A DNA stretch of 64,000 bases from Alphaproteobacteria bacterium (GCA_965204775.1 CBDBFH010000029.1:184468-248467); one strand, 5' to 3'; positions 26,593-37,916 are shown, counted from the stretch's first letter. A program made the numbers and translations. Notes: generated from the letters alone by a model not told the origin.

Positions 26593-28437
26593 TCAGCCTC
26601 CGATCCCGTAATAGAAGGGCATCAGCAGACTATAGACCAGCCAGAGAAGCACGGCCAGAGGCGCTCCGGCGATCAGATAATCCTTGAACCGGTAGTGGCC
26701 CGGCCCCATCACCAGCAGGTTGGTCTGATAGGCGATGGGGGTGGCGAAGGAGCAGTTGGCGGCGAGAATCACGGTGACGACAAACAGCCCCGGCGGCGCG
26801 CCCAGTTCGATGGCGGTGTTGATCGCAATCGGCGTGAACAGAACGGCGGCGGCGTTGTTGCTGATGACGTTGGTCGCAATCGCGACGATCAGGAAGAGCA
26901 GCGAGAGAATGACGGACGGCGGCGCTCCGGCGAAAAGGCCGACGGCGCTCTCGGCGATGAAATGCGCGCCGCCCGAAGCCTCCAGCGCCGCCGCCATGCC
27001 CAGCGCCGAGGCGACCAGAACAAACACCCGCCGGTCAATCGCCCGCGCCGCCTGCCGGATGTTCAAAACCCCGGCGGCGATCATCGCCGTCGCCCCCAGC
27101 AGGGCGGCGACGACAATGGGCAGAAGACCGGCGGCCATCAGCCCGACCGCCCCGCCGAGAATCGCCAGCGCCCAGCGTGAATGATGCGCGGCGGGCAGAT
27201 CGGCGCTGGACCATTCCAGCGGCAGCAGGTCATGCGTGCGGCCCAGATCGCGCAGCCCCTCGCGCGGCCCCAGCAGAAGAAGAACGTCGCCGGAGTCCAG
27301 ATAAATGTTGGTGAGCATGGCCCGGAGCATTCGGCTGCGGCGCTGAATGCCGAGGACGAGGAAATTCTTCTCGCCCCACAAGGTGACCTGATCGACCGCG
27401 CGCCCCAGCACGCGCGAGGCGGGCGGGACAATCGCTTCGATCAGGGCGAGCCTGCCGCCGCCGCCGCCGATCTCGGCCCAGTCCTCCCGTTCGGGCAGGC
27501 CGAAGATGTCGCTGCGGCTCTTGAGCGCTTCGGTCAGGGTCTGGCGCGTGGCGGCGATGACGAGGATGTCGCCGCGCATGAGTTCGGCCTCTTCGAAGGG
27601 AGGAAGAAGGGTGCGCCAGCCCCGCCGGATCAGGAGCACGGTCATGTCCTTGAGCGGCGCGATCAGTCCGGCTTTGGTGCGGGTTCCGATCAGGGGGTTG
27701 TCGCCGCCGAGCGTGATCTGGGTGATATATTGGCGTCCGCGTCCAGCCGCCTCTTCGAGCGGGCGGGGGACTCCGCGCGGCAGGAGGCGCGGCATGACGA
27801 AGAGAATATAGGCGAAGCCCGGCAAAGCGAGCATCAGGCCGGGCATGGTGATGTCGAAGATTCCCATCTGCTCCAGACCGGCGGCGCGGGCCGACTGGGC
27901 GGCGAGCAGATTGGTCGAGGAGCCAATCAGGGTGGTCATCCCGCCGAGGATGCAGGCGAAACTGAGCGGCATCATGACCTGAGCCGGAACCTGGCCGGTG
28001 CGCTGGGCGAGCGCGGCGAGAACCGGGATGAAGGTGACCGCGACGGGGGTGTTGTTCATAAAGGCGCTGAAGAGAAGGACGGCGGCCAGAGCGAGAACCA
28101 GTGTGGTGCGGGGATTTTGTCCGGCGGCGCGGATCAGCAGGCGGGTCGGACCTTCCAGCGCCTCCGACTGAAACAGTCCCTGTCCGATGACGAGCAGAGC
28201 GAGAATGCTGATCAGCGCCGGATTGGCGAAGCCGGCGAGGAGTTCGGCGGTGGTCAACGCGCGGACATGTTCGCCTTCGGCGGGCGGGAAGAGCTGGAAG
28301 AGCAGGATCAGAAAGGCCAGCGCCGCAATCGCGGTCAACTCAAGCGGCACGCGCTCGAAGGCATAGAAGATCATGGCGAGCGTGATGGTCGCGAAGACCA
28401 GCCACATCTGCCATGGATAGGCGGCGATGAGTTCCAT
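26593..28437 (-). CDS. SLC13/DASS-family anion permease with two internal TrkA-C domains
   Basis: N- and C-terminal transporter halves (NNTPVAVTFIP, SNNAAAVLFTPIA) flanking two TrkA-C-like cytoplasmic domains. Confidence 0.75.
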   Translation of the reverse strand: MELIAAYPWQMWLVFATITLAMIFYAFERVPLELTAIAALAFLILLFQLFPPAEGEHVRALTTAELLAGFANPALISILALLVIGQGLFQSEALEGPTRLLIRAAGQNPRTTLVLALAAVLLFSAFMNNTPVAVTFIPVLAALAQRTGQVPAQVMMPLSFACILGGMTTLIGSSTNLLAAQSARAAGLEQMGIFDITMPGLMLALPGFAYILFVMPRLLPRGVPRPLEEAAGRGRQYITQITLGGDNPLIGTRTKAGLIAPLKDMTVLLIRRGWRTLLPPFEEAELMRGDILVIAATRQTLTEALKSRSDIFGLPEREDWAEIGGGGGRLALIEAIVPPASRVLGRAVDQVTLWGEKNFLVLGIQRRSRMLRAMLTNIYLDSGDVLLLLGPREGLRDLGRTHDLLPLEWSSADLPAAHHSRWALAILGGAVGLMAAGLLPIVVAALLGATAMIAAGVLNIRQAARAIDRRVFVLVASALGMAAALEASGGAHFIAESAVGLFAGAPPSVILSLLFLIVAIATNVISNNAAAVLFTPIAINTAIELGAPPGLFVVTVILAANCSFATPIAYQTNLLVMGPGHYRFKDYLIAGAPLAVLLWLVYSLLMPFYYGIGG

Positions 28438-28565
28438 GCTTTCCGTTTTGCGCCCCTGTGAGACGTCCGGGCATGATGGCCCGGCGGACCGGACTTGCCA
28501 AGCCCGATTGTTTTTCCGCGCCGGATCGCCTAATCAGAAGGCGGAACCCCGGCGCCGGAGATGAC

Positions 28566-29087
28566 ATGAGCCTGACGCGTTTGAGTCCGCGCCGCCTGCG
28601 CGGCGCTTTTGCGCATTTTGCGACCGGCGTTGTGCTGGTGACGGCCTGGACGCCGGAGCGCCGGGCGGTTGGTCTGACGGTCAACTCGTTTTCTTCGGTG
28701 TCGCTGGAGCCGCCTTTGCTGCTCTGGTGTCTGGGCAGGGAGTCCGAGGCCTATGGGGTTCTGGCCCGGACGCCGTTTTTCGGAGCGGCAATTCTGACCG
28801 CCGACCAGCAGGAGATTGCCGTCTGGTGTTCGACGCCGGGCCAGCATGATCTGGCCGCCTGTCCGGGCCTGACCCTGTGCGAAGAAGAAAGCCCCGCCCC
28901 CCGGATCAAGGGCGCGCTGTCCGCCTTTGCCTGCCGGACGCAGGCGCGCACCCCCGCCGGGGATCATCTGATCATTCTGGGCCGGGTTCTCGCGCTGGAC
29001 GAGGCGCGGGCCGGGGAGCCTTTGCTCTATTACCGGAGCAACTACCGGGCGCTGGCGAGAAGGCGGGCGGCTTCCGGGGCGAAATAG
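28566..29087 (+). CDS. Flavin reductase (FMN-binding split-barrel, HpaC-like)
   Basis: FAHFATGVVLVT..GLTVNSFSSVSLEPPLLLWC motif. Confidence 0.75.
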   Translation: MSLTRLSPRRLRGAFAHFATGVVLVTAWTPERRAVGLTVNSFSSVSLEPPLLLWCLGRESEAYGVLARTPFFGAAILTADQQEIAVWCSTPGQHDLAACPGLTLCEEESPAPRIKGALSAFACRTQARTPAGDHLIILGRVLALDEARAGEPLLYYRSNYRALARRRAASGAK

Positions 29088-30046
29088 GTGAGAATGGCGT
29101 CGGCCCGGGCGCGCTTGAAGGCAAGCAGGCTTTCCAGCATGGCCGCCTCGCGCTCGAAAGCGCCGCTTTCGGCGGCGGCGGCGATCATCGCATATTCCCC
29201 GGAGACCTGATAGGCCAGAACCGGCGCGCCGAAGGCGTCTTTCACCCGGCGCACGATGTCCAGATAGATCAGGCCCGGCTTGACCATCACCATATCCGCG
29301 CCCTCGGCAAGATCGAGGGCGACTTCGCGCAGCGCCTCGCCGCTGTTGGCCGGGTCCATCTGGTAGGTCTTCTTGTCCCCGGCGAGCAGAGGGCCGGAGC
29401 CGACCGCCTCGCGGAAGGGCCCGTAAAAGGCCGAAGCGTATTTGGCCGCATAGGACAGAATTAAAACGTCATGGTGTCCGGCGCTTTCGAGCGCGGCGCG
29501 GATGGCGCCGATCCGTCCGTCCATCATATCGGAGGGGGCGATGATGTCGCAGCCCGCTTCCGCCTGCACCAGCGACTGCCTGACCAGAATCTCGACGGTC
29601 TCGTCATTGAGGATGCGCCCGTCTTTCAGCAATCCGTCATGTCCGTGGCTGGTGTAGGGATCAAGAGCGGCGTCGCACATCACGCCCAGTTCCGGTGCGG
29701 CCTGCTTGACCGCCCGCACCGCCCGGCAGACCAGATTATCGGGATTTAGCGCCTGGCTCCCTTCCGGGTCGCGCTCAGCCGGATCGGTGTAGGGGAAGAG
29801 CGCAATCGCCGGGATTCCCAGTTCCAGCGCCTCCTGCGCCGCCTCGGCGATCCGGGCGACAGGGCGGCGCATGACTCCGGGCATCGAGGCGACCGGTTCC
29901 TCCCGCTCTGCGCCGGTGATGAAGAGCGGCCAGATCAGATCGGCGGCGCTGAGGCGGGCCTCGGCAGCGAGGCGGCGCGTCCAGTCATGAGCGCGCAGAC
30001 GCCGCAGGCGCGTAGCGGGGAACCTTCCGGGAAAATATGTCGTCAT
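29042..30046 (-). CDS. hemB: Porphobilinogen synthase (delta-aminolevulinic acid dehydratase)
   Basis: FPATRLRRLR..IALFPYTD..MVKPGLIYLDIV..YQVSGEYAM. Start at ATG 30046; the longer upstream extension overlaps hemA and is rejected. Confidence 0.9.
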   Translation of the reverse strand: MTTYFPGRFPATRLRRLRAHDWTRRLAAEARLSAADLIWPLFITGAEREEPVASMPGVMRRPVARIAEAAQEALELGIPAIALFPYTDPAERDPEGSQALNPDNLVCRAVRAVKQAAPELGVMCDAALDPYTSHGHDGLLKDGRILNDETVEILVRQSLVQAEAGCDIIAPSDMMDGRIGAIRAALESAGHHDVLILSYAAKYASAFYGPFREAVGSGPLLAGDKKTYQMDPANSGEALREVALDLAEGADMVMVKPGLIYLDIVRRVKDAFGAPVLAYQVSGEYAMIAAAAESGAFEREAAMLESLLAFKRARADAILTYFAPEAARLLASAR

Positions 30047-30074
30047 CGGCTCTTGATCTCCGGGCCTCCGGTTT

Positions 30075-30105
30075 TGTTTGGGGCATGTTAATCTATATTT
30101 GCTAT
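30075..30105 (+). promoter_or_regulatory. Putative hemA promoter in the hemB/hemA divergent intergenic region (TATAAT-like box)
   Basis: gttaatctatatttgctatataatgag sits ~30 bp upstream of the hemA ATG; this is the only AT-rich stretch in the 90-bp spacer. Confidence 0.3.
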
Positions 30106-30136
30106 ATAATGAGCGGCAGATAAGGGGGTCGGCAAG

Positions 30137-31339
30137 ATGGACTATGAGGCCAGGTGGAAAGCCGCGCTGGACGCGTTGCGCCGCGAGGGCCGCTACCGCG
30201 TTTTTGCCGACATCACCCGGCGGCGGGGGGCCTTTCCCCGCGGCGAATGGCGCGGCCCCGGCGGGTCGGCGCGCGAGGTGATGGTCTGGTGCTCGAACGA
30301 CTATCTGTGCATGGGCCAGCATCCGAAGGTTCTGGCCGCAATGCATGAGGCGCTGGAGGCGGCGGGGGCGGGCTCCGGGGGCACGCGCAACATTTCGGGG
30401 ACCAATCATTATCACGTCGCGCTGGAGCGCGAACTCGCCGCGCTGCACGGCAAGCAGGCGGCGCTGTTGTTTACGTCCGGCTATGCGGCGAATGAGGCGG
30501 TTTTGAGCGTTTTCGCCCGCCTGCTTCCGGACTGCATTATTTTTTCCGATGCGCTCAATCATGCCTCGATGATCGAGGGCATTCGGCATGGGGGCGGGCC
30601 GAAGCGGATTTGGCGGCACAATGATGTGGAGCATCTGGCTTCGCTGCTGGCCGAGGCCGATCCGGACGCGCCGAAGGTGGTGGCGTTTGAGTCGGTCTAT
30701 TCGATGGACGGCGACATTGCGCCGGTCGCCGAAATCTGTGAGGTGGCGCGGGCGCATCGGGCGCTGACCTATCTGGACGAGGTTCATGCGGTGGGCCTGT
30801 ACGGCTCCGGCGGGGGCGGGATCGCCGAGCGCGAGGGGGTCGCCGCGCAGATCGACATTATGCAGGGGACGCTGGCCAAGGCTTTTGGGGCGCAGGGCGG
30901 CTATATTGCGGCGTCGGCGCAGCTGGTTGATGCGGTTCGCTCCTATGCGCCGGGCTTTATTTTCACGACCGCGCTGCCGCCGGTGATTGCGGCGGGGGCG
31001 CTGGCCGGGGTTCGCCATTTGCGCGCGAGCCAGGCCGAGCGCGACCGGCTTCACGAGCGGGCGCAGACGCTGAAAGACCGCCTGCGCCGCGCCGGGCTGC
31101 CGGTGATGGAGTCGGCGAGCCATATTGTTCCGCTTTTTGTCGGCGACCCGGTTTTGTGCCGCCGGATCAGCGAGGACCTGCTGAGCCGCTTCGGGATTTA
31201 CATTCAGCCGATCAACTATCCGACGGTTCCGCGCGGCACGGAGCGGCTGCGTCTGACGCCCTCGCCCGGGCATGACGATGCGGCGATGGCGGCGCTGATC
31301 GAGGGTCTGAAGCAGGTCTGGAGGCGCGAGGCGGCCTGA
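30137..31339 (+). CDS. hemA: 5-aminolevulinate synthase
   Basis: [31 protein letters not shown] (PLP lysine); AAGGGGG RBS. Confidence 0.9.
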   Translation: MDYEARWKAALDALRREGRYRVFADITRRRGAFPRGEWRGPGGSAREVMVWCSNDYLCMGQHPKVLAAMHEALEAAGAGSGGTRNISGTNHYHVALERELAALHGKQAALLFTSGYAANEAVLSVFARLLPDCIIFSDALNHASMIEGIRHGGGPKRIWRHNDVEHLASLLAEADPDAPKVVAFESVYSMDGDIAPVAEICEVARAHRALTYLDEVHAVGLYGSGGGGIAEREGVAAQIDIMQGTLAKAFGAQGGYIAASAQLVDAVRSYAPGFIFTTALPPVIAAGALAGVRHLRASQAERDRLHERAQTLKDRLRRAGLPVMESASHIVPLFVGDPVLCRRISEDLLSRFGIYIQPINYPTVPRGTERLRLTPSPGHDDAAMAALIEGLKQVWRREAA

Positions 31340-31434
31340 TCGCCCCGCCTTGCCGGATGCGCCCCGGCGTGGTAACGCTTGGGGCGATTGTTTGAAGCCC
31401 GGCAGGCCGGGCGAAAATCACAGGGGGCGGGATC

Positions 31435-33567
31435 ATGCTGGGACTGACGCTTGTTCTGGTTGTTCTGTGTGCGCTGGGCGGGATCGCCTATAGTTGCTAC
31501 ACAGGGTGGCGGGTGCTGAACGCCGACGCCGGCAATCCGAAAATGCAGGAGATCGCCGCCGCCATTCAGGAAGGCGCGGCCTCCTATCTCAATCGCCAAT
31601 ACCGGACGATTGCGATTGTAGGCGTGGTGATCTTTTTCATTCTTCTGATTTTTCTGGGCTTCTTTGCGGCGCTGGGCTTTCTGATCGGGGCGGTGCTGTC
31701 GGGGGCGGCGGGCTATATCGGAATGCTGGTTTCGGTGCGGGCCAATGTGCGGACCGCGCAGGCCGCTTCAAAGAGCCTCAATGACGGGCTGTCCCTTGCC
31801 TTTCGCGCCGGGGCGGTGACCGGTCTGCTGGTTGCGGCCCTGGCCCTGCTGGCGGTGACGCTTTATTTTGTTCTGCTGGGCTTCGGGGTGGCGGACCGGC
31901 CAACTGGCCGCCTTGTGGTGGACGCCCTGATTGCGCTGGGCTTCGGGGCTTCGCTGATTTCGATTTTTGCCCGTCTGGGCGGCGGCATCTTCACCAAGAG
32001 CGCCGATGTCGGGGGCGATCTGGTCGGCAAGATCGAGGCCGGGATCCCCGAAGACGATCCCCGCAACGCCGCAACCATTGCCGACGCCGTCGGCGACAAT
32101 GTCGGCGACTGCGCCGGAATGGCCGCCGACCTCTTTGAAACCTATGTCGTGACCAGCGTTGCGGCCATGATTCTGGCGGCGCTGTTCTTCCCCCCGGCCT
32201 CCGCCCCGGCGCTGATGATCTATCCGCTTGGAATCGGGGGGGCGTGTCTGCTGGCCTCGATTGCCGGGACGTTCTTTGTGCGCGCCTCCTCCGGGGGCGA
32301 GCCGTCCGCCGCCATCATGGGCGCGCTCTATAAGGGGCTGGGCGCAACGGCGGCCATCTCCATTCCGCTCATCGCGTTTGTGACCTGGCTGTGCGTCGGC
32401 TTCTCCAAGACCTTCAGAATTCAGGGCCTTGCGATCAGCGGGAGCGACCTGTTCTGGTGTGCGATTGTCGGCCTTGCGGTCACGGCGCTGATTGTCGTCA
32501 TCACCGAGTATTACACCGGCACGCGCTTCCGCCCGGTGCGCTCCATCGCCACGGCCAGCAAGACCGGACATGCGACCAATATCATTCAGGGTCTGGCGGT
32601 CTCGCTGGAGGCGACTGCGGCGCCGGCGCTGGTCATTGTTCTGGGGATTTTGCTTTCCTATCTGCTGGCCGGGCTGTTCGGGATTGCGATAGCGGTGACG
32701 GCGATGCTCGCGCTGACCGGGATGATCGTCGCGCTGGACGCCTTCGGCCCGGTCACCGACAATGCCGGGGGGATCGCCGAGATGGCCAAACTGCCTCCGA
32801 AAGTCCGCAAGACCACCGACGCCCTCGACGCCGTCGGCAACACCACCAAGGCCATCACCAAAGGCTATGCGATTGGGTCGGCGGGGCTGGGGGCTTTGGT
32901 CCTCTTCGCCGCCTATACGCAGGACCTCGCCCGCTTCGCCGGGCGGGGGAGCGGCTTTGAGTTCTTCTCCGGCCTGCGCTTCGACTTCTCGCTGAGCAAC
33001 GCCTATGTTGTGATCGGCCTGTTTGTGGGGGGTCTGCTGCCCTATCTGTTCGCCTCAATGGGGATGACGGCGGTGGGCCGGGCGGGGGCTGAGATTGTCG
33101 AGGAGGTGCGCCGCCAGTTCCGCTCCGATCCGGGGATCATGCAGGGCACCAGCAAGCCCGACTATTCGCGCGCGGTTGATCTTCTCACCCGCGCCGCGAT
33201 CCGCGAGATGATTGTTCCCTCGCTTTTGCCGGTTCTGTCTCCGATAGTGCTTTTTCTTGTGATCTGGCCGATTGGAGGCCGCGCCGAGGCTTTTGCCGCG
33301 CTGGGGGCGATGTTGCTGGGGGTGATTGTGACCGGTCTTTTTGTGGCGATTTCGATGACGGCGGGCGGCGGCGCGTGGGACAACGCCAAGAAATATATTG
33401 AGGACGGCCATCACGGGGGCAAGAAGTCCGAGGCGCACAAGGCGGCGGTCACCGGCGACACGGTTGGCGACCCATATAAGGATACGGCAGGCCCGGCGGT
33501 GAATCCGATGATCAAGATCACCAATATCGTCGCATTGCTTTTGCTTGCCGCCTTCGCCCATTTCTAG
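31435..33567 (+). CDS. hppA: Membrane-bound H+-translocating pyrophosphatase
   Basis: [48 protein letters not shown] signatures. Confidence 0.9.
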   Translation: MLGLTLVLVVLCALGGIAYSCYTGWRVLNADAGNPKMQEIAAAIQEGAASYLNRQYRTIAIVGVVIFFILLIFLGFFAALGFLIGAVLSGAAGYIGMLVSVRANVRTAQAASKSLNDGLSLAFRAGAVTGLLVAALALLAVTLYFVLLGFGVADRPTGRLVVDALIALGFGASLISIFARLGGGIFTKSADVGGDLVGKIEAGIPEDDPRNAATIADAVGDNVGDCAGMAADLFETYVVTSVAAMILAALFFPPASAPALMIYPLGIGGACLLASIAGTFFVRASSGGEPSAAIMGALYKGLGATAAISIPLIAFVTWLCVGFSKTFRIQGLAISGSDLFWCAIVGLAVTALIVVITEYYTGTRFRPVRSIATASKTGHATNIIQGLAVSLEATAAPALVIVLGILLSYLLAGLFGIAIAVTAMLALTGMIVALDAFGPVTDNAGGIAEMAKLPPKVRKTTDALDAVGNTTKAITKGYAIGSAGLGALVLFAAYTQDLARFAGRGSGFEFFSGLRFDFSLSNAYVVIGLFVGGLLPYLFASMGMTAVGRAGAEIVEEVRRQFRSDPGIMQGTSKPDYSRAVDLLTRAAIREMIVPSLLPVLSPIVLFLVIWPIGGRAEAFAALGAMLLGVIVTGLFVAISMTAGGGAWDNAKKYIEDGHHGGKKSEAHKAAVTGDTVGDPYKDTAGPAVNPMIKITNIVALLLLAAFAHF

Positions 33568-33628
33568 CTTCGGCTTTTCGGCACAATGCCGCCCCTATCG
33601 TGCCCGGCACCCCGGAAGGGCAGGGCGC

Positions 33629-34072
33629 TTATTGATCGTCGGCGACGCCCGCCGGGCGCACCACCCCGATATTGCCGAAAATCCGCGAGAGCAGACTCGG
33701 CGGCTGGTTGGGCGAAGGCGTCTGCCTGCCAACCTGCGCGATCTGCCGTCCGTCCTTGCGGTTATAGCTGGTGATCTTCTCGACCCGGCCATTTTCGCCA
33801 AAATGGATCGCCACCACCCGCCGCCGGCTCTCGCGTGGCGCAAAGAAGGTCAGAGTCCTGACCTCCCGCGAGATATAGAGCCAGAGGCGCTGGCCGTCCA
33901 TTGAGGTGGCGGTGGGGGTGCCAAGGATTTTGACAACCTCTTCGCGGGGCGTAACCTGCGGAGTGATGCGGGCGAGTGCGTCTTCGGGGGCGGCGTTGCC
34001 CTGATAGTCAACGAGGGCCGCGCAGGCCGGAAGCAGCGCGGCGCACAGAAGGACGAGAAGCGAGCGCAACAT
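33629..34072 (-). CDS. bamE: Outer-membrane assembly lipoprotein BamE (SmpA/OmlA family)
   Basis: Lipoprotein signal LLCAALLPAC and a SmpA/OmlA domain (TPREEVVKILGTPT..GQRLWLY). Confidence 0.7.
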   Translation of the reverse strand: MLRSLLVLLCAALLPACAALVDYQGNAAPEDALARITPQVTPREEVVKILGTPTATSMDGQRLWLYISREVRTLTFFAPRESRRRVVAIHFGENGRVEKITSYNRKDGRQIAQVGRQTPSPNQPPSLLSRIFGNIGVVRPAGVADDQ

Positions 34073-34109
34073 GACATTGAGGTCTAGCGCGAAAGGCAGG
34101 GGCAATTCA

Positions 34110-34697
34110 ATGCCGGAAGGGGCGCGGGCGCTCTATCGCGGCGCGGTCCGGGCGGCGCGGCGCGAGAGGTTTTACCGGGAGTTCGGGGTTCCCGACACGG
34201 CGCAGGGGCGCTTCGAGATGGTGGCGCTTCATCTGTGGCTGGTATTGCGGCGTCTGGCCTCGGCGGAGGGCCGTCCCTCGGCGGGGGGCCGCCCCTCGGC
34301 GGGGGGCCGCCCCTTGGCGGGGGCGCGGGCGCTGTCGCAGGAGGTGGTGGATGCGTTTTTCGCCGAGATGGAGGCCGTCCTGCGCGAGAGCGGAGCCGGA
34401 GACATGGCCGTCCCGCCCCGGATGAAGCGGATCGCGGCGGCTTTTTACGGACGCCTGCAGGCCTATGATGAGGACCTCCGCGCCGCGCTGGAGCGGAATC
34501 TGTATGGCGGCGCGGACCGGCCTTCTGCGGCGATCATTGAGGCGTTTTGTGGCTTTGTGCGCGCGGCGGAGACGGTCCTGGCGGGCGAAACCTTGCCGTC
34601 CCTGACCGGCGATTGCCTTTACCGGGGGGGAGATTGTATTTTACCGATGCCCGATGCCGGTGGGGAACGGGGCGGGGAGACATTTCGAGATGCATAA
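34110..34697 (+). CDS. Ubiquinol-cytochrome c chaperone (Cbp3-like) family protein
   Basis: FEMVALHLWLVLRRL..VVDAFFAEME pattern. Position between bamE and plsX is as in many alphaproteobacteria. Start uncertain: the ATG at 34071 would overlap the bamE start, so the ATG at 34110 is preferred. Confidence 0.5.
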   Translation: MPEGARALYRGAVRAARRERFYREFGVPDTAQGRFEMVALHLWLVLRRLASAEGRPSAGGRPSAGGRPLAGARALSQEVVDAFFAEMEAVLRESGAGDMAVPPRMKRIAAAFYGRLQAYDEDLRAALERNLYGGADRPSAAIIEAFCGFVRAAETVLAGETLPSLTGDCLYRGGDCILPMPDAGGERGGETFRDA

Positions 34698-34698
34698 T

Positions 34699-34750
34699 CC
34701 ATGAGACCCATGAGATCCATGAGACCCATGAGACCCATGAGCGATCCATG
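34699..34750 (+). repeat. Five to six tandem 9-bp units (yCCATGAGA) directly upstream of and including the plsX start codon
   Basis: tccatgagacccatgagatccatgagacccatgagacccatgagcgatccatgagc. In-frame ATGs at 34701, 34710, 34719, 34728, 34737 form a 16-codon Met-Arg mini-ORF ending at 34751. Confidence 0.85.
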
Positions 34751-35785
34751 AGCGGCGAGATTGTTCTGGCATTAGACGGCATGGGCGGCGACAACGCGCC
34801 GGGCCACGTTTTTGCCGGAGCGGATGCGGCCCTGTCGCATTCTCCGGAACTGCGGTTTTTGATCTACGGGCCGGAGGAGGCTTTGGGCCCGTGTCTGGAG
34901 GGTTTTCCGCGCCTGCGTTCGGCGGTGGAGCTGCGCCCCGCGCCGGTGGCGATCGGGATGGGAGACAAGCCGTCGCAGGCTTTGCGGCGGGGCCGCAAGG
35001 TGAGCAGCATGTGGCGCGCGCTGGATGCGGTGCACCAGGGCGAGGCGGCGGCGGCGGTTTCGGGCGGCAACACCGGCGCGCTGATGGCGATGGCGCGCTT
35101 TGTGCTGAAGACGCAGCCTTCGATTTCGCGCCCCGGAATTGCGGCGCTGTGGCCGAACATGAAAGGCTTCAGCGTGGTGATTGATCTGGGGGCGACGATT
35201 GGCTCGTCGGCGGATCAGCTGGTCCAGTTTGCGATCATGGGGGAGGCCTGTGCGCGGGTTTTGCTGGGCAAGGAGCGTCCGGCGGTGGGCCTGCTGAATA
35301 TCGGGGTCGAGGAGGTGAAGGGGACCGAGGCGGTGCGCGAGGCGGCGCGGTTCTTGCGCGAGGCCGATCTGCCCCTGACCTTTCGCGGCTTTATCGAAGG
35401 CGACGCCCTCAGCCGGGGCGAGGTGGATGTGATTGTGACCGACGGCTTCAGCGGCAACATTGCGCTGAAGGTGGCGGAGGGGACGGCGCGGCAGATCGGG
35501 GCGTATCTGTCGGATGCCTTTCGCCGTTCGTGGCGGACGCGGCTGGGCTATTTTCTGCTGCGCCCGGCGCTGCGCCCTCTGCGGGCGCGGATGGACCCGC
35601 GCCGGTTTGACGGCGGGGTTTTTCTGGGCCTGAACGGGGTGGCGGTCAAGGGGCATGGCGGCGGCGACGGGGTGAGTTTTTGTTCGGCGATTGAGACGGC
35701 GGTTCTGGCGGCGCGGGCGGATTTGCCGGGCCGGATTGCGGCGGACATGCGGATGCTGGGCGAGGAGCCGGGGGGCCGGGAATGA
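34748..35785 (+). CDS. plsX: Phosphate acyltransferase PlsX
   Basis: [36 protein letters not shown]. Confidence 0.9.
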   Translation: MSGEIVLALDGMGGDNAPGHVFAGADAALSHSPELRFLIYGPEEALGPCLEGFPRLRSAVELRPAPVAIGMGDKPSQALRRGRKVSSMWRALDAVHQGEAAAAVSGGNTGALMAMARFVLKTQPSISRPGIAALWPNMKGFSVVIDLGATIGSSADQLVQFAIMGEACARVLLGKERPAVGLLNIGVEEVKGTEAVREAARFLREADLPLTFRGFIEGDALSRGEVDVIVTDGFSGNIALKVAEGTARQIGAYLSDAFRRSWRTRLGYFLLRPALRPLRARMDPRRFDGGVFLGLNGVAVKGHGGGDGVSFCSAIETAVLAARADLPGRIAADMRMLGEEPGGRE

Positions 35786-36756
35786 GCGGGGTTCGGGTGG
35801 TCGTGGAGGGCTGCGGCAGTTATCTGCCTGAGCGGGTGATGACGAATGACGAACTGGCGCGCCGCCTCGACACGAGCGATGAATGGATTGTCCAGCGAAC
35901 GGGAATCCGGCGCCGCCATATTGCGGCGGAGGGGGAGCGCAGTTCGGACCTTGCGGCGGCGGCGGCGCGGGCGGCGCTGGCCGATGCGGGGCGGGCGGCG
36001 GGAGAGGTTGACCTGATCGTGGTGGCGACGGCGACGCCCGACCACACCTTTCCGGCGACCGCGACGCAGGTTCAGCACAAATTGGGAATGGAAAAGGGCT
36101 TCGCCTTTGACGTTCAGGCGGTCTGCACGGGCTTTGTCTATGCGCTGGCGACGGCGGGGAATTTTCTTCGGGCGGGGCAGGGCAGCCGTGCGCTGGTGAT
36201 CGGGGCGGAGACGTTTTCGCGTATTCTGGACTGGGAGGACCGGAGCACCTGCGTTTTGTTCGGGGACGGGGCGGGGGCGCTGGTGGTCTCGGCGGTTCCG
36301 GAAGACGGGGCCGGGGGGCGGGGGCTGATCGGCTCGCGGCTGTATTCGGACGGGCGCTATTTGCCGCTCTTGTATGTGGACGGCGGGCCGTCGTCGGGGG
36401 ACCGGGTCGGGCATTTGCGGATGGAGGGGCGGGAGATTTTCCGGCACGGGGTTGCGAAGATTTCCGAGGCGATCCTCGACGTTCTGGCGCAGACCGGCCT
36501 GACCTCCGAAGACATTGACTGGTTTGTCCCCCATCAGGCGAACATCCGGATTCTGGAGGCGGTCGCGCGCAAGATTTCCCTGCCGCGTGAGAAGATCATC
36601 ATCACGATTGCGGATCATGCGAACACCTCGGCGGCGTCGGTTCCTCTGGCGCTGGATCAGGGCCGCCGGGACGGGCGGATCAAGCAGGGCGATCTGGTGA
36701 TGCTGGAGGCGATGGGCGGCGGCCTGACCTGGGGGGCGGCGGCGTTGCGCTGGTAG
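35782..36756 (+). CDS. fabH: 3-oxoacyl-ACP synthase III
   Basis: Active-site Cys ([12 protein letters not shown]), [17 protein letters not shown]. Overlaps the plsX stop. Confidence 0.9.
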   Translation: MSGVRVVVEGCGSYLPERVMTNDELARRLDTSDEWIVQRTGIRRRHIAAEGERSSDLAAAAARAALADAGRAAGEVDLIVVATATPDHTFPATATQVQHKLGMEKGFAFDVQAVCTGFVYALATAGNFLRAGQGSRALVIGAETFSRILDWEDRSTCVLFGDGAGALVVSAVPEDGAGGRGLIGSRLYSDGRYLPLLYVDGGPSSGDRVGHLRMEGREIFRHGVAKISEAILDVLAQTGLTSEDIDWFVPHQANIRILEAVARKISLPREKIIITIADHANTSAASVPLALDQGRRDGRIKQGDLVMLEAMGGGLTWGAAALRW

Positions 36757-36844
36757 ATTGGTTCCGCTTGAGCGGTTAGAACTTTGACTTTCCGCGATTT
36801 TTTGGCAAACAATACGGGAACTGATTCGTTTTTTGGGCGGCGAA

Positions 36845-37162
36845 ATGGCCGGGCACACTTTGACGCGCTTTGATCTTGCGGCGGCGGTTCACCGGCGGGT
36901 GGGCTTGTCGCACAATGAGTCGGCGCGTCTGGTTGAGGCGGTTTTGGGGGAGATTGTGGGGGGCTTGTTGCGGGAGGGGGAGGTGAAGTTGTCGTCCTTT
37001 GGGACGTTTCGGGTTTCGGAGCGCGGCGCGCGGGTTGGGCGCAATCCGCGGACGGGGGTTGAGGCGCGGGTTCCGGCGCATCGTTCTTTGGTTTTTCGTC
37101 CGAGCGGGGTTTTGAGGCTTCGGGTTGGGCGCGGGGTTGGAACAAAAGGAGACAGGCCATGA
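36845..37162 (+). CDS. ihfA: Integration host factor subunit alpha
   Basis: HU/IHF fold ([34 protein letters not shown]). Confidence 0.85.
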   Translation: MAGHTLTRFDLAAAVHRRVGLSHNESARLVEAVLGEIVGGLLREGEVKLSSFGTFRVSERGARVGRNPRTGVEARVPAHRSLVFRPSGVLRLRVGRGVGTKGDRP

Positions 37163-37653
37163 GCCAGGTTGATGCTTTGGAGATCGGCAGTCCGGAGGAG
37201 GCCTTGACGGGCAAGGCTTCGGATGCGTTTCAGACGATCAGCGAGGTTGCGGGGTTATTGGGGGTTCCGCAGCATGTTTTGCGCTTTTGGGGCGGGCGCT
37301 TTCCGCAGATCAAGCCGGTGAAGGGTTCCGGCGGGCGGCGCTATTACCGCCCGGCGGACATCGCGTTGTTGCGCGGAATTCGGCATTTCCTGTATGAGGA
37401 GGGCTATACGATCCGGGGGGTTTTGAAGGTGATGAAGGAGCGGGGGAGCCGCTTTGTCGCGGCGCACGGCGAAGACTCCGGCGCGGCGGCGGAGCCGGAA
37501 TCTGTGGCAGAGCCTGCGGCGTCCGTAGCTGCGCCGGTGGAGCCGGTGGAGCCGGCGGCGTTGCTGAATGAGGCTTTGCGGTCGGAACTGGGCGTGTTGC
37601 TCGCGCGTCTGGAGGATTTGAGCGCCCGCCTGAAACATTACGGCGACGCCTGA
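37159..37653 (+). CDS. MerR-family transcriptional regulator
   Basis: HTH region [22 protein letters not shown] with a C-terminal coiled coil; AAGGAG RBS; overlaps the ihfA stop. Confidence 0.8.
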   Translation: MSQVDALEIGSPEEALTGKASDAFQTISEVAGLLGVPQHVLRFWGGRFPQIKPVKGSGGRRYYRPADIALLRGIRHFLYEEGYTIRGVLKVMKERGSRFVAAHGEDSGAAAEPESVAEPAASVAAPVEPVEPAALLNEALRSELGVLLARLEDLSARLKHYGDA

Positions 37654-37818
37654 TCCTTCAAAAGCGCCGGTTCAGGAAGCCCCCGAACCTCAAACAACCC
37701 GCGCGCCGGCCCCGCGCCCGCCGTTGTTGCACTCCGCCCTCGCTCTCACTTCTTTAACCGGCGGCCCCTTTCCGCCCCGCCTGTGCTAGAATTCGCTCCA
37801 AAACAGGCCAACATTCAT

Positions 37819-37908
37819 GCGGACGTGGCGGAACCGGTAGACGCAGCGGACTTAAAATCCGCTTCGGGGACACCCCGAGTGCGGGTTCAAATCCCGCCGT
37901 CCGCACCA
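37819..37908 (+). tRNA. tRNA-Leu (anticodon UAA), CCA encoded
   Basis: Acceptor stem GCGGACG/CGTCCGC, anticodon loop CTTAAAA, long variable arm, T-loop TTCAAAT. Confidence 0.85.
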
Positions 37909-37916
37909 GCCCCGAC

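Noticed and set aside
29042-31273. 743-aa minus-strand ORF extending upstream of hemB
   Set aside because: Only the C-terminal 334 codons (29042-30046) match porphobilinogen synthase. The upstream part is antisense to hemA.
34071-34109. Longer start (ATG 34071) for the Cbp3-like gene
   Set aside because: It would make its start codon overlap the divergent bamE start codon, leaving no promoter space. The downstream ATG at 34110 is preferred, but this is uncertain.
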